A stretch of 64,000 nt of DNA from an uncultured Chloroflexia bacterium (GCA_963765765.1 CAVXYC010000002.1:64001-128000); one strand, 5' to 3'; positions 29,932 through 39,922 are shown, counted from the stretch's first letter. Notes: generated by a model from the letters alone, not told the origin. A program made the numbers and translations.

Positions 29932-30333
29932 CTAGCGATTCGCGAGCGTCGTGTAGCCGCTCCCTTCGAGGATGCGGGAGTCCGCGGTTACCAGCGTGAG
30001 GTCGTAGACGCTGGCAGTGGCCGCCAGGAAGCGATCTGCCGGGTCTTGATGCTTCATTGAGATGGTTCTACTTCGGATCGCGACTTCCCGTGTTAGAGGA
30101 GCCTCTCGCATTGGCCGCGCTGCGAATGCCATCTCTATCCATACGGTCGGAGCGCGGTTGCCCGGCACCTGGATACGCCCGCGCTCGAGTAGAACATGAA
30201 GCTCCCAAACGCTAATGGGTGAAAGCCAGAGCTCATTCGAACGATTCAAGATCTGCGACCGAACCCGGGTGCTCACTCGCTCAGGATCGAGGAGTGACCA
30301 TATCCAGATGTGAGTATCCAGAAGCAGGTTCAC
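29932..30333 (-). CDS. vapC: Type II TA toxin, PIN domain (VapC)
   Basis: LLLDTHIWIW, SPISVWE, HQDPADRFLAATA, LVTAD. Confidence 0.92.
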   Translation of the reverse strand: MNLLLDTHIWIWSLLDPERVSTRVRSQILNRSNELWLSPISVWELHVLLERGRIQVPGNRAPTVWIEMAFAARPMREAPLTREVAIRSRTISMKHQDPADRFLAATASVYDLTLVTADSRILEGSGYTTLANR

Positions 30334-30587
30334 TCGTTCTCTTCCGGCTCAAGGAGCGCGTCCCACTGCACGAGCTCGCTGGATGGAGCGACGATATCGC
30401 CACGGATCTCGGCCGTTCCGGCAAGTGACCCCAGCCAATCGCCTTCTGGCGCCTCGGGTGATGGCGGCACAATGTCAGCGATGGGCTTGCCGAACCGCGT
30501 GACGCGCAGCGGTTGGCCGGTCTTGTTCACGCGCTCCAGAACGGCCAGGCACGTAGCTTTGAACTTCGAGATAGCCATCGTTTCCAT
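30330..30587 (-). CDS. Type II TA antitoxin, Phd/YefM family
   Basis: ISKFKATCLAVLERV..TGQPLRVTRFGKPIADIVP, 4-nt overlap with the toxin gene. Confidence 0.9.
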   Translation of the reverse strand: METMAISKFKATCLAVLERVNKTGQPLRVTRFGKPIADIVPPSPEAPEGDWLGSLAGTAEIRGDIVAPSSELVQWDALLEPEENE

Positions 30588-30622
30588 GGTCTGTTTGTAC
30601 CGTGGTCAACGACTATGGTCAA
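30588..30622 (-). promoter_or_regulatory. Putative leaderless promoter/operator of the TA operon
   Basis: Minus strand TTGACC-17 nt-TACAAA, then 6 nt to the ATG. GACCA is repeated three times (possible autoregulatory sites). Confidence 0.5.
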
Positions 30623-30635
30623 ACCTTCTGCTGAG

Positions 30636-31417
30636 CTACGGTTGTCGAGCCTGACTGCCTGCTCCTGCCATCAATGCGAAGCGCTGCGGACTGGTGGCGC
30701 CGGCGCCCACCAGGAAACCGTCAATCTCGGGCTGCGCGGCCAGATCGATGGACGTTGGACTCCGTGAGTCGCCCGCCATAGATGATGCGCGCTTGGGCGG
30801 CCAGGTCCGCTGAGGTGATGTCTGCTAGGGTCTCCCGGAGCATTGCGCACACATCGTTCACATATGACGCCTCGGGCGGAATGATCATGCCGATGGTCGT
30901 CCAGATGGGCGCGTAAGCGATGACCAGACGCGAGTCCAGCGACAAACCGTCGAGGACGGCCTCCATTTGCTCGGCCAGGACACCGCCGCTGGCTCCGTGC
31001 TCGAGGGCCTCCGCCGATTCGCCCACGCAGAAAATCGGACGAATATTGTTCTCGATCGCGGCGACGATCTTTTTGCGGATGTCGCCATTGTCTTCCTCGC
31101 ACTGGATGCGCCGCTCATAGTGACCCAGGAGCGCGTAGTCGCAGAGTCCGCGCAATAGTGATGCCGGCACCTCACCGGTCACCCCTCCGCTATCCACGAC
31201 CGCAAGCGTCTGAGTCCCGAGCTGAATTCCTGATCCGGCTCAGACCGGTTGCAACCGTTGCGAGCCAGGGGAAGGGTGGGCACACCACCACATCCACGCC
31301 TGCCTCAGCAATCGGGCCAACGGTGTCAACGAGCCGACCGGTGAGTCCATCTAGCTCGGCACGCGGAGGGTTGGCCTTCCAATTCCCGACGACCAGCGGC
31401 TTTCGAGAGGATGTCAT
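30636..31417 (-). CDS. Triosephosphate isomerase family protein with degenerate active site (two frameshifts)
   Basis: KPLVVGNWKAN, VVCPPF, GGVTGEV, LLGHYERR, PIFCVGES, VIAYAPIW, IIYGG, EIDGFLVG. TAG at 30636 after frame repair. Confidence 0.82.
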
Positions 31418-31429
31418 AGACATCCCCAC

Positions 31430-31754
31430 CGTAGTGGCCGCCCGTAAAGGGACGCCACTACGCGGACTGGCTGCAGTCATCGTCGCGGCCCCAGCCAGCG
31501 GCATCCACATGCGAAACCGAACAAGGCATCCCGGCCGCTGGACGCAACGGCGGAGACCCAGCTCACCACCCGTAGCGCGGTGGTCTCGTGCCCCGCGCCA
31601 CGCGAGATCCCAGATAACGGACGCCGTCCTTGATCCGGGGAGTCTCGGTGGAGCGCGGGGCACAAGACCACCGCGCTACGGCATGCAAAGATGTTCTCAG
31701 ATCGCCATCGCATCGTGGATTTTGACGTGGTGCCCGTAAAGAGACGCCACTACG
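31430..31754. repeat. Mosaic cluster of GTAG-type REP elements (BIME-like)
   Basis: Type A TGG(C/T)..CCCGTAAAG(G/A)GACGCCACTACG at 31430-31462 and 31728-31754 brackets a type B 28-bp inverted pair (31571-31598 / 31653-31680, one mismatch). Confidence 0.8.
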
Positions 31755-31768
31755 CTCAATGTCCGAGC

Positions 31769-33424
31769 TCATCGCCTTGGCCCCGGCCAGATCGCGATGG
31801 CCCGTTCAGCCAGGTTGCGCGACCGCTCGCGAATAGCTTCGGCGGACCACCCTTCGCCATAGGCCACATCACGAGCCAAAGAGGGACATCGTCTGGCTTG
31901 CCGCCGCAGGTGTTGTAGCCGCTCATCCACCCGGAGTGGCACGCGAGAGGACTGGCCTCGTTCGATCCAGGTGAGATTGCCAATAGTTCCCACAACGCTC
32001 CAGTGCGTGTTTTCATCGCCACCCAGCTCACGCAGCCACTCTTCACGGGGGAGCAGCGGCGCGATGAGCTCGATGTCGAAATCGTTCAGACGGAAGCGCA
32101 TGGGCCGCGGATAGCTTTCTTCTAGCGCCATGAGCAGGAGCTGTCGTTGATCCGCGTGGCTGCGGGGATACAGTCGATAGGTAAGCATCGACGTTTGAAG
32201 CTCATCATCTGTGGGCCATCCCTGCGACGGCTGCGAGAGTGCGGTGATGAATGCCTCTGCGTGGTTGGGCTCCGCGGCAGTTCGATTGTAGAGCTCAACG
32301 AGCTGCTGATTTTCGTCTGCGTCGGATGCGGAGGTGAAGACGCGCCGAGCCACGAACGACTGAATCGCCCGCAGCAACGCGGTCGCCGCATCGGCCGGCA
32401 GTGCTTCACGTCGGATATCTGACTGCACCAGGAGAAGAAAGGGTAGGAGCGGCTGTTTAAGTGTGTCGGACCATGCGCTCAGCCATTGCAGTCTTCGCCG
32501 CGCCTCAGTGTCAGGCTCTCGATTGAGGTGCAGGAGGCGATCGTATTCCACGCTCCACTCAGCCAGCTCTCGGAGCACAGCCTTCACACCTTCCACGTCC
32601 AGCGTCGCAAGGTGGCGGCGCCACGACTGGTACACCTCCTCGGCACGCACGTCCTCCCCATCTTTCGCCAGATAGTCGTGCATAAACGCATCCAGCGCAT
32701 CGCCCAGGCGTGATTGCATGGGCTGCCAGACCGTGCGGAACCACTCATCATGCTCAGTAGTGGGAAGTCGCATAAAGAAGTAGTTGCGCAAGAGATCGCC
32801 CTGGGTCAGCGGCATGCCCTTGGCATTCAGGCTCTCGAACACGCGATAGGGGTTATCCGCTTCGTCCAGGGTGATCGCCACGAACCTGAGCTGGGTGAGA
32901 ACGACTTCGGCCAGGCGTTCAAGATCCGCGTCCTCGCGCGTGCCCAGGTCGCTGGCAAAGGTTTCATACGCCTCGAGCACGGGGGAGCCTGGCGTCGTTT
33001 CACCACGCATAACGACGGCGGCGAAAGCCTCGTGATCTTGATAACTGCACATGATTCGTGGCTGAGCGCGCTTCGTCCCCCCGCCATCTAGAAGAAACGT
33101 CTCGTGAACGCGTTCGCTCAAGGCAGGATCCGTACTCTGTGCTCGATCACGCAACGCTGCCAGGAAGAGACTGAGTGTGACCAGTCGTTGCTGACCGTCG
33201 ATGAGAAGCCTTGCCTCTCCGCTTACATCGTCGGAGTCAGTGAGGAGAACCACCGAGCCCATGAAGTGCGGCTGCGGCGTGTCCAGGGCGTAGAGCTCCT
33301 GAATATCCGCCCAAAGCGTTGCCCATTGCGATCGCCGCCAGCTATAGGCACGCTGGAAGTGTGGCACGATGTATTGCCCCGGTCGGGCCAGAAGCTCCGT
33401 CAGGCGCGTTTCCGTGGCCTTCAC
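31769..33424 (-). CDS. GmrSD-like protein (DUF262 plus degenerate DUF1524)
   Basis: VPHFQRAYSW, HFMGSVV, LIDGQQRLVT, VFESLNAKG. C-terminal IELIAP...IGNLT...WSAEAIRERS. Confidence 0.88.
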   Translation of the reverse strand: MKATETRLTELLARPGQYIVPHFQRAYSWRRSQWATLWADIQELYALDTPQPHFMGSVVLLTDSDDVSGEARLLIDGQQRLVTLSLFLAALRDRAQSTDPALSERVHETFLLDGGGTKRAQPRIMCSYQDHEAFAAVVMRGETTPGSPVLEAYETFASDLGTREDADLERLAEVVLTQLRFVAITLDEADNPYRVFESLNAKGMPLTQGDLLRNYFFMRLPTTEHDEWFRTVWQPMQSRLGDALDAFMHDYLAKDGEDVRAEEVYQSWRRHLATLDVEGVKAVLRELAEWSVEYDRLLHLNREPDTEARRRLQWLSAWSDTLKQPLLPFLLLVQSDIRREALPADAATALLRAIQSFVARRVFTSASDADENQQLVELYNRTAAEPNHAEAFITALSQPSQGWPTDDELQTSMLTYRLYPRSHADQRQLLLMALEESYPRPMRFRLNDFDIELIAPLLPREEWLRELGGDENTHWSVVGTIGNLTWIERGQSSRVPLRVDERLQHLRRQARRCPSLARDVAYGEGWSAEAIRERSRNLAERAIAIWPGPRR

Positions 33425-33631
33425 CGGGGCAATCCGCCGGCATATCGCGCTTGTGGCGCAAGAGATTGTGGCTGTTGTCGAAGTGGTCTGCTCGCGATGT
33501 GTCGTCTCAACCTGTGCCTCGGTCGGGCTCTCAGAGCGTCTCTAGTCAGGCAATTCTAGTGTCTATCCTCCATCTCGAGCGCCCCTACTACATCGTTCCA
33601 GGATCCGAGGCGGCCAGGCGAACGGAAGTGG

Positions 33632-33943
33632 GTGATGAAGAAGATGCACCGCCACGATACTCCGCTTCTGTCCAGGTCAAGAGAGGATGTCGGTATCCGA
33701 TCCGAGACGCCGGCGGCACGCGAACCACAACGGTCAATGGCTTGCGATCGTAGCCGGTCTCTATTTCGAGGGTGTCATCGCCGGGTCAAGAAGATCGAGT
33801 GGCGGCCCTCTCGCGACGGAGACGATCTCGAGGAGCGTGTCGCTCGTTGGATTGAGCGGCATGGCTCTGCTCCCGGCGTCTGGTCAGTCATATTAATGGC
33901 AGGCTCATTCCTGGCCATGGTACTCTTCGCACTCATCCACTGA
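33632..33943 (+). CDS. Hypothetical small protein with C-terminal TM helix
   Basis: ORF ending VWSVILMAGSFLAMVLFALIH. Start uncertain. Confidence 0.35.
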   Translation: MMKKMHRHDTPLLSRSREDVGIRSETPAAREPQRSMACDRSRSLFRGCHRRVKKIEWRPSRDGDDLEERVARWIERHGSAPGVWSVILMAGSFLAMVLFALIH

Positions 33944-34412
33944 TCTCAGGAATCCCTGAGCGCGCTCGCCTCTGGCCTGCATGTCACAACCGAATCTCAA
34001 TCGGCCTTCGCTACTAACTTTTCCTGTCTCACGCGCCGCGTTCATCGCGCGAATGTGATAGCTTAACGTTTAGGGGCGCGACTCTCTCTTAACAGTTCCG
34101 AGCTCATTGTAATTCCCGAGCCGAACGAGGTGATGCGCGCAGCCTTCCGTTTACCCATGGGTGATTAGCGATCTGTGCCGCCCACTCTTCTGTGCCCAGC
34201 GTCGTGCGCACGAAGAATCGAGACAACCGCGGTTCAGCCAGTGACCGCATGGCCTCAGTCGAATGATTGATATGGCGCACAGGTGACGAAAAACACCGTT
34301 GCTGCGCTTCGTTCCATTTGATCTGGAGATAGTCACACTCCATGCCCCACGCTGATCGTCTGCGTCCAGTGACAGCCGTGATGGAGGATCCATCAGGCCA
34401 GGTGTCCCAAGG

Positions 34413-35699
34413 ATGAGGAGAATTCAATTGCCAACTCGCCCGCTATTGGCGGCGCTCGCCGCGTGTACGTTCGTCGTCACTGCCTGTCAACCCACGGCGC
34501 GCACCACGCCGACGGCCTCAGCGCCGAAACCAACTGCCGAGCCCACGCGTGTGGTGGCGGCGCCTAGCGTGCAGCTTGTGGAGAGCAATCGCGTCGCTAG
34601 TCCATCAGCCGCCGTTCACGTCTTTCTCTGGGGCAATCCAGACACGACCGATCGCGATCTCCAGTTGGCCAGGGATGCCGGGTTCACCTGGGTGAAGCAG
34701 CGCTTTGAGTGGCGCTACATTGAAAAGACCCGCAAGGACGCGTTTGAGTGGGATGAGCCGGACCGTGTCGTAGACGCGATCAACCGTAACGGTCTCGGCA
34801 TCGTTGCTCGAATCGATAATCAGCCGGAATGGGCGCGCCGAGACGGGATCTTCCCGGCCAGTGGACCTCCAGACCAGATGGAAGATTGGAAGGACTACGT
34901 CGAGGAGCTGGTCGAGCGCTACCGCGGCAAGATCCAGGCATATGAGATCTGGAATGAGCCCAACATTGCTCGCGAGTGGGGCGGAGTCCAACCCGACCCC
35001 GTGGCCTACACTCAGCTTCTGAGCGTCGCCTACACCGCAATCAAGAAGGTGGATCCTAACGCTATCGTCATCTCGGCTGGCCTTTCGCCCACTACCGAAC
35101 AGACTGACCGAGCTATTCCGGATACCGTCTTTCTGAACGGCATGTACCAGGCCGGAGCCGCCTCGTACTTTGATACATTAGGTGTCCATGCACCTGGCTT
35201 CAAAGCCACGCCTGAGGCCGACCCCGCTACTGTGGCGAACGACCCTGCCCTGACCAATGGCGATCCCAGTAATGTCCAGCTTCGCCGCGCCTATTCATTC
35301 CGTCACGCCGAGGATGTGCGGCAGATCATGGTGCAGAACGGCGACCAGGCCAAGCAGATTGCGATCATGGAGATGGGCTGGACGAGTGATCCGCGTCCCG
35401 AGTCCCCATACTCCTGGCACGCCGTGACCGAGGATCAGAAGGCCGAGTATCTCGCCCGGGCGTTTCAGTACGCACAGCAGAACTGGTCGCCGTGGGTGGG
35501 CATCATGAGCGCCATCTATATTCCGGATCCTCGCTGGACCACCGCTGAAGAGCAATACCATTGGGGCATTACCGGCCCGGATGGCAGCGTCTGGCCGGCG
35601 TATAACGCGCTGAAATCCCTGCTGCCCTCGCTCAACCGCGTCACCCCAAGCGCGAACCCTGTGCCAAGCGACAGTCCGGCTCCCGCACCAGCAAGCTAA
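34413..35699 (+). CDS. Glycoside hydrolase (clan A, GH5/GH39-like) lipoprotein
   Basis: VTAC lipobox, WVKQRFEW, YEIWNEPN acid/base motif, IMEMGW nucleophile motif. Confidence 0.88.
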   Translation: MRRIQLPTRPLLAALAACTFVVTACQPTARTTPTASAPKPTAEPTRVVAAPSVQLVESNRVASPSAAVHVFLWGNPDTTDRDLQLARDAGFTWVKQRFEWRYIEKTRKDAFEWDEPDRVVDAINRNGLGIVARIDNQPEWARRDGIFPASGPPDQMEDWKDYVEELVERYRGKIQAYEIWNEPNIAREWGGVQPDPVAYTQLLSVAYTAIKKVDPNAIVISAGLSPTTEQTDRAIPDTVFLNGMYQAGAASYFDTLGVHAPGFKATPEADPATVANDPALTNGDPSNVQLRRAYSFRHAEDVRQIMVQNGDQAKQIAIMEMGWTSDPRPESPYSWHAVTEDQKAEYLARAFQYAQQNWSPWVGIMSAIYIPDPRWTTAEEQYHWGITGPDGSVWPAYNALKSLLPSLNRVTPSANPVPSDSPAPAPAS

Positions 35700-35727
35700 C
35701 CCCGCGCCAAGCGCTTTAGATCGCGCA

Positions 35728-35786
35728 AGGATCGCCGCCTTTTAGGACTCCCGGCCACCCTGGGAATCCTGGAAGGCGGCGATTCT
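35728..35786. repeat. Palindromic element (CTGGAAGGCGGCGAT type), possible terminator
   Basis: AGGATCGCCGCCTTTTAGGACTCCC ... GGGAATCCTGGAAGGCGGCGATTCT. Confidence 0.6.
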
Positions 35787-35890
35787 CGCGTGTATTCAAC
35801 GTGCTTCGCGACTATTCGCGGCTTGTGTTCCTCCCACGCTTACTCAGAAGACGCGTACACTAGGTCGAAAATCTGCCGGAGGCTGGCAAC

Positions 35891-37087
35891 ATGGCCGATG
35901 TGCTGCCGCTGTCCCACCTCACCGTTCTCGACCTGACAATCGCTCGTGCGGGCCCCACCGCCGTGCGGCTGTTGACTGATTGGGGTGCGAATGTCATCAA
36001 GATCGAGCCCCCGCCCGTTCCTGGCGCGCGAAACGATTCGCACACCGGCGCACGCGTCGGTCCGGATGAGCAAAACCTCCACCGCAACAAGCGCGGCCTG
36101 GCTCTGGATCTGAAGAAGCCTGAGGGAAAAGCCGTTTTTCGAGATCTTCTGAAGGACGCCGATATCGTTGTTGAGAATTACCGCTCGGATGTGAAAACTC
36201 GACTGGGCGTGGACTACGAGACGCTCTCGGCGCTCAATCCGCGCATCATCCTGGCCAGCATCTCGGGATTTGGCCAGGACGGTCCCTACGGTAAGCGCCC
36301 GGGCGTGGACCAGATCATCCAGGGCACAAGCGGACTCATGTCCGTGACCGGCGAGCCCGGACAGGGCCCCATCCGCGTGGGCATTGCCATTTCCGATAGC
36401 TGCGCCGGGATGTTGCTGGGCCAGGGCATCCTTCTGGCGCTGTTGGAGCGTGAGCGTACCGGTCGAGGCCAGTGGGTCCACACGTCACTTCTCGAGGCGA
36501 TGTTGGGCACGCTAGATTTCCAGGGTGCGCGTTACACCATGGATGGCGAGATACCCGGCCAGGAGGGCAATCACCACCCGACATCCGTGCCGATGGGGAC
36601 GTTCAAGTCTTCGGATGGCCTGGTCAACATTGCGGCCAACCGCCAGTACATGTGGGTGGCCTTCTGCGAGGCGCTCGGCGCGGAGGAGCTTCTCAATAAA
36701 CCCGAGTACAGCACGTTCAACTCACGGGTGGAGAACAAGGAAGCCATCCGCAAGGATGTGGCCGAAGTTGTGGCGCGCTTCACCACCGAGTATCTGGTTG
36801 AGAAACTGAATGCCGTGGGCCTTCCTTGCGGCCCTGTAAACGATATCGGCCAGGCTTTCGAGGACCCCCAGGTGAAGCACCTGAAGATGACCAAGGTCGC
36901 TCATCACCCCAGGAAAGGCCCTCTGAACCTGATCCGGACGCCCATTCACCTGTCCAACGTGGACCTGCCCGAGGAATACCATCACGCTGGCCCGGATGCC
37001 GGGGAGCATTCGGAGGAGATCCTGCGGGAGCTGGGCTACGAGGAAGATCGAATTCGCTCGCTCCGTGACGCGGGAGTCATCGTATGA
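35891..37087 (+). CDS. CaiB/BaiF family III CoA-transferase
   Basis: VLDLT..RAGP, GANVIKIEP, NLHRNKR, ADIVVENYR, SISGFGQDGPY, GVDQIIQG. Confidence 0.93.
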   Translation: MADVLPLSHLTVLDLTIARAGPTAVRLLTDWGANVIKIEPPPVPGARNDSHTGARVGPDEQNLHRNKRGLALDLKKPEGKAVFRDLLKDADIVVENYRSDVKTRLGVDYETLSALNPRIILASISGFGQDGPYGKRPGVDQIIQGTSGLMSVTGEPGQGPIRVGIAISDSCAGMLLGQGILLALLERERTGRGQWVHTSLLEAMLGTLDFQGARYTMDGEIPGQEGNHHPTSVPMGTFKSSDGLVNIAANRQYMWVAFCEALGAEELLNKPEYSTFNSRVENKEAIRKDVAEVVARFTTEYLVEKLNAVGLPCGPVNDIGQAFEDPQVKHLKMTKVAHHPRKGPLNLIRTPIHLSNVDLPEEYHHAGPDAGEHSEEILRELGYEEDRIRSLRDAGVIV

Positions 37088-37879
37088 AGCTCATGACCGA
37101 GAAGATTCTGGCCGATGTCGAAGGCGGCATTGGCTGGCTCACGTTCAACCAGCCGGAGAAGCGCAATGCCATGTCCATGGAGATGTGGCAGGGCGTTGCG
37201 GATGCGTTCGAGGCATTCCAGGCGGACCCCGAAGTGCGCGTGGTAGTCATGCGCGGCGCCGGTGGTAAGGCGTTTGTCTCAGGTGCGGACATCTCGGAGT
37301 TTGACGCGAACCGCGCCAACGCCGAGCAAAAGGCGCAGTACAACGCCGTCACCGCGCGCGGGAAACAGTGGCTGGCGCAGATCGAAAAGCCGCTCGTGGC
37401 GATGATCGAGGGCTTCTGTATTGGCGGCGGACTTGCCGTCGCCCTCAACGCCGATGTGCGCATCGCCACGGAAAGCTCCAAGTTCGGGATCCCCGCCGCC
37501 AAGCTGGGCCTGGGCTATGACTTCGCGGGTCTCGCTACACTGGCCAGGCTCGTAGGACCATCAGTTGCACGAGACATTCTCTTTAGCGCCCGCTTCCTGC
37601 CTGCCGAGGAGGCGCTGCGCGTTGGCCTGATCAACCGCGTGGTCCCGGATGCTGACCTCGAGTCCGACGTTCGTGACTACTGTGCGCTCATCGCCCAGAA
37701 TGCACCGCTCACGATTCGGGCGGCCAAGGCCGCCATGCGCGAGTGGGAGCGCGATCCATCCGACCGTGACCTTGCTCACGTCGACGCGCTCGTGAACGCG
37801 TGTTTCGATAGCGAGGACTACGCCGAAGGGACGCAAAGCGTTTGCCGAGAAGCGGCCGCCGAGGTTTCAGGGACGGTAG
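37084..37879 (+). CDS. Enoyl-CoA hydratase/crotonase family protein (extra G near 37830)
   Basis: NQPEKRNAM, AFVSGADI, GFCIGGG, FGIPAAKLG. Frame repair gives the canonical end EGRKAFAEKRPPRFQGR* at 37879. Confidence 0.9.
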
Positions 37880-37990
37880 CTTGCCCGCCTATCCGGGGAC
37901 GGCAGGGACGTAAGGGAATTCTGCGCGTCGCCGTTGTCTCTTATCTCCCGGTAGTCCCCTTTTGGCTGGGGAGAGGACGGAAGGTGGCTC

Positions 37991-39194
37991 ATGCTGACAC
38001 GTGAAGCGCAGGATCGGCTCACCCGCGTGGGACGCGGCACGCCGATGGGTGAGCTGCTGCGGCGATACTGGTTCCCTGTGGCGGCGTCGTCTGAGGTTTC
38101 GGAAGGTTCTGTCCTCGAGGTCATGCTGCTCGGTGAGTCGCTTGCGCTGTTTCGCTCGCCGTCCGGTGAAGTGGGACTCCTTGACCGACGTTGTCCGCAC
38201 CGCGGCGCGTCGCTGGGGTACGGAATTCCGGAAGAAGAAGGCCTGCGATGTTCGTATCACGGCTGGCGATTTGGCCGAGACGGTCGATGCAATGAGACGC
38301 CGGCGGAGCCAGTCACCTCGCGGGCTCAAGGATCGGGTGAGGATTTCTGCGTACGTGGTTGAGGAGCTGGGAGGCCTGATCTGGGCCTACCTTGGGCCCG
38401 CGCCCGCACCGCTCCTTCCAAGATTTGATCTCTACGTCTGGGATGACGTGGACCGCGATATTGGCGTCACGCTGCTCCCATGTAACTGGCTTCAGATGGT
38501 TGAGAACTCCATGGACCCTATCCACGTGGAGTACCTTCATGCCCGCTACATGAACTACGTGCTACGGCGACAGGGCAAGGCCAATCTGACGCCCGAGCAG
38601 CATCACGAGCGCATTGCCTTCGATGTGTTCGAGTACGGCGTGTACAAGCGGCGCCTGCTGGAGGGCCAAAGCGAGGATGTGTCTGATTGGCGAACCGGGC
38701 ATCCAATCGTCTTCCCAACCACGCTTCGCAGCAACAATGGGCAAGGGCATCCGAATATGCAGATCCGCGTGCCGCTGGACGACACGCACACGCGCTACTA
38801 CACCTATCAGGTGTACCCCTGCGAAGGCACAATGCCACGTTCTGAGGTGCCAACCTACGATCTCCCGTACTGCACGACAGATGGTCGGCTCATCATGGAC
38901 AAGGTGCTCAATCAGGACATGAGCATTTGGATCACCCAGGGAGCGATTAGCGACCGCACTGCCGAGCGCCTTGGCAGCTCAGATAAGGGCGTGATCCTGT
39001 TTCGCCATATCCTGGAGGAGAATCTGACACGCCTGGCGCGAGGTGAAGACCCCATGGGCGTGATTCGCGACCCGGCCCAGAACCAGATCATTTCGCTGGA
39101 AGCGGAGGGAGGTTCTGGGGCTGGGCATTTTCTGGTCCAGGATCTAAGTCAATATGGGACTGATGTATGGTCCGCGAGACCGTCAGGAGCATAA
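37991..39194 (+). CDS. Rieske non-heme iron oxygenase, LigX (O-demethylase)-like (frameshift near 38320)
   Basis: LTRVGRGTPMGELLRRYW, CPHRGASL...CSYHGW, ENSMDPIHVEYLH, QDMSIWITQG, ERLGSSDKGV. Confidence 0.9.
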
Positions 39195-39683
39195 GCGGCA
39201 TAGAGGACATAAGGAACCCCGGACCGCGTCGACGATCATTGTCCCTGAAGTCCCTAGCTCCCCGCGCTTAGCCCCACGAGCTTCCAGACCCGCCTGAATG
39301 CACTTCTCATCGTCCGCGGCCTGGGCACCGGTGGCGCCTACCGCGCCCACGAACTCGCCGTTGCGGAAGATCGGAAGCGCGCCCGCCACGGGAACGATCT
39401 TGCCGGCTGGCATGTCGGCCAGAGAGCCAAAGAACCACGGCCGCTCCTGGGCGCGCTTCTCGAGCACGGCCGTGCTCAGGCGGAAGGCCGCGGCTGTCCA
39501 GGCTTTGGCGATAGCCAGGTCGGCACGAATCAGCGCCGAGTTGTCCTCTCGCTTCAGCGCAATGATCTGACCGCCCACATCGACCACCGCCACGGTAAGC
39601 GGGACAAGCTGCATCTCGCGTGCTCTGGCGAGACTGGCATCGATTATTGCTACGGCTTCGTTGAGCGAGAGCGTCTCTGCCAT
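39183..39683 (-). CDS. GlcG/HbpS family protein (true stop possibly about 39254)
   Basis: VAVVDVGGQIIALKRED, AIAKAWTA, PVAGALPI, VGAVGATG..DDEKC. Confidence 0.85.
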   Translation of the reverse strand: MAETLSLNEAVAIIDASLARAREMQLVPLTVAVVDVGGQIIALKREDNSALIRADLAIAKAWTAAAFRLSTAVLEKRAQERPWFFGSLADMPAGKIVPVAGALPIFRNGEFVGAVGATGAQAADDEKCIQAGLEARGAKRGELGTSGTMIVDAVRGSLCPLCRLCS

Positions 39684-39922
39684 CAGAAAGTCCAGACCGG
39701 CCCGGGCAAACTGCCCATAGCCGCGAAGAATGGCAGCATTGAAACAGGCTCGCTTGGCACCCGTCAAGACGCCCTTCGCGATCTCGATGGGACTTTTCCT
39801 TCGAGCCTGCCCATATGGCGCTTCCTTTTCCTGATCGGCCGAACTGCGGCAGATCCATTCCCGATCGGCTCGCGCTGCGTATCAAGAAGGAGGCCAACCA
39901 TCAGCCCCCAGCGGGAGCCTCT

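Noticed and set aside
33944-34412. ORFs 34104..34427 and 34151..34393
   Set aside because: No motif, RBS or compositional support; probably promoter region of the glycoside hydrolase.
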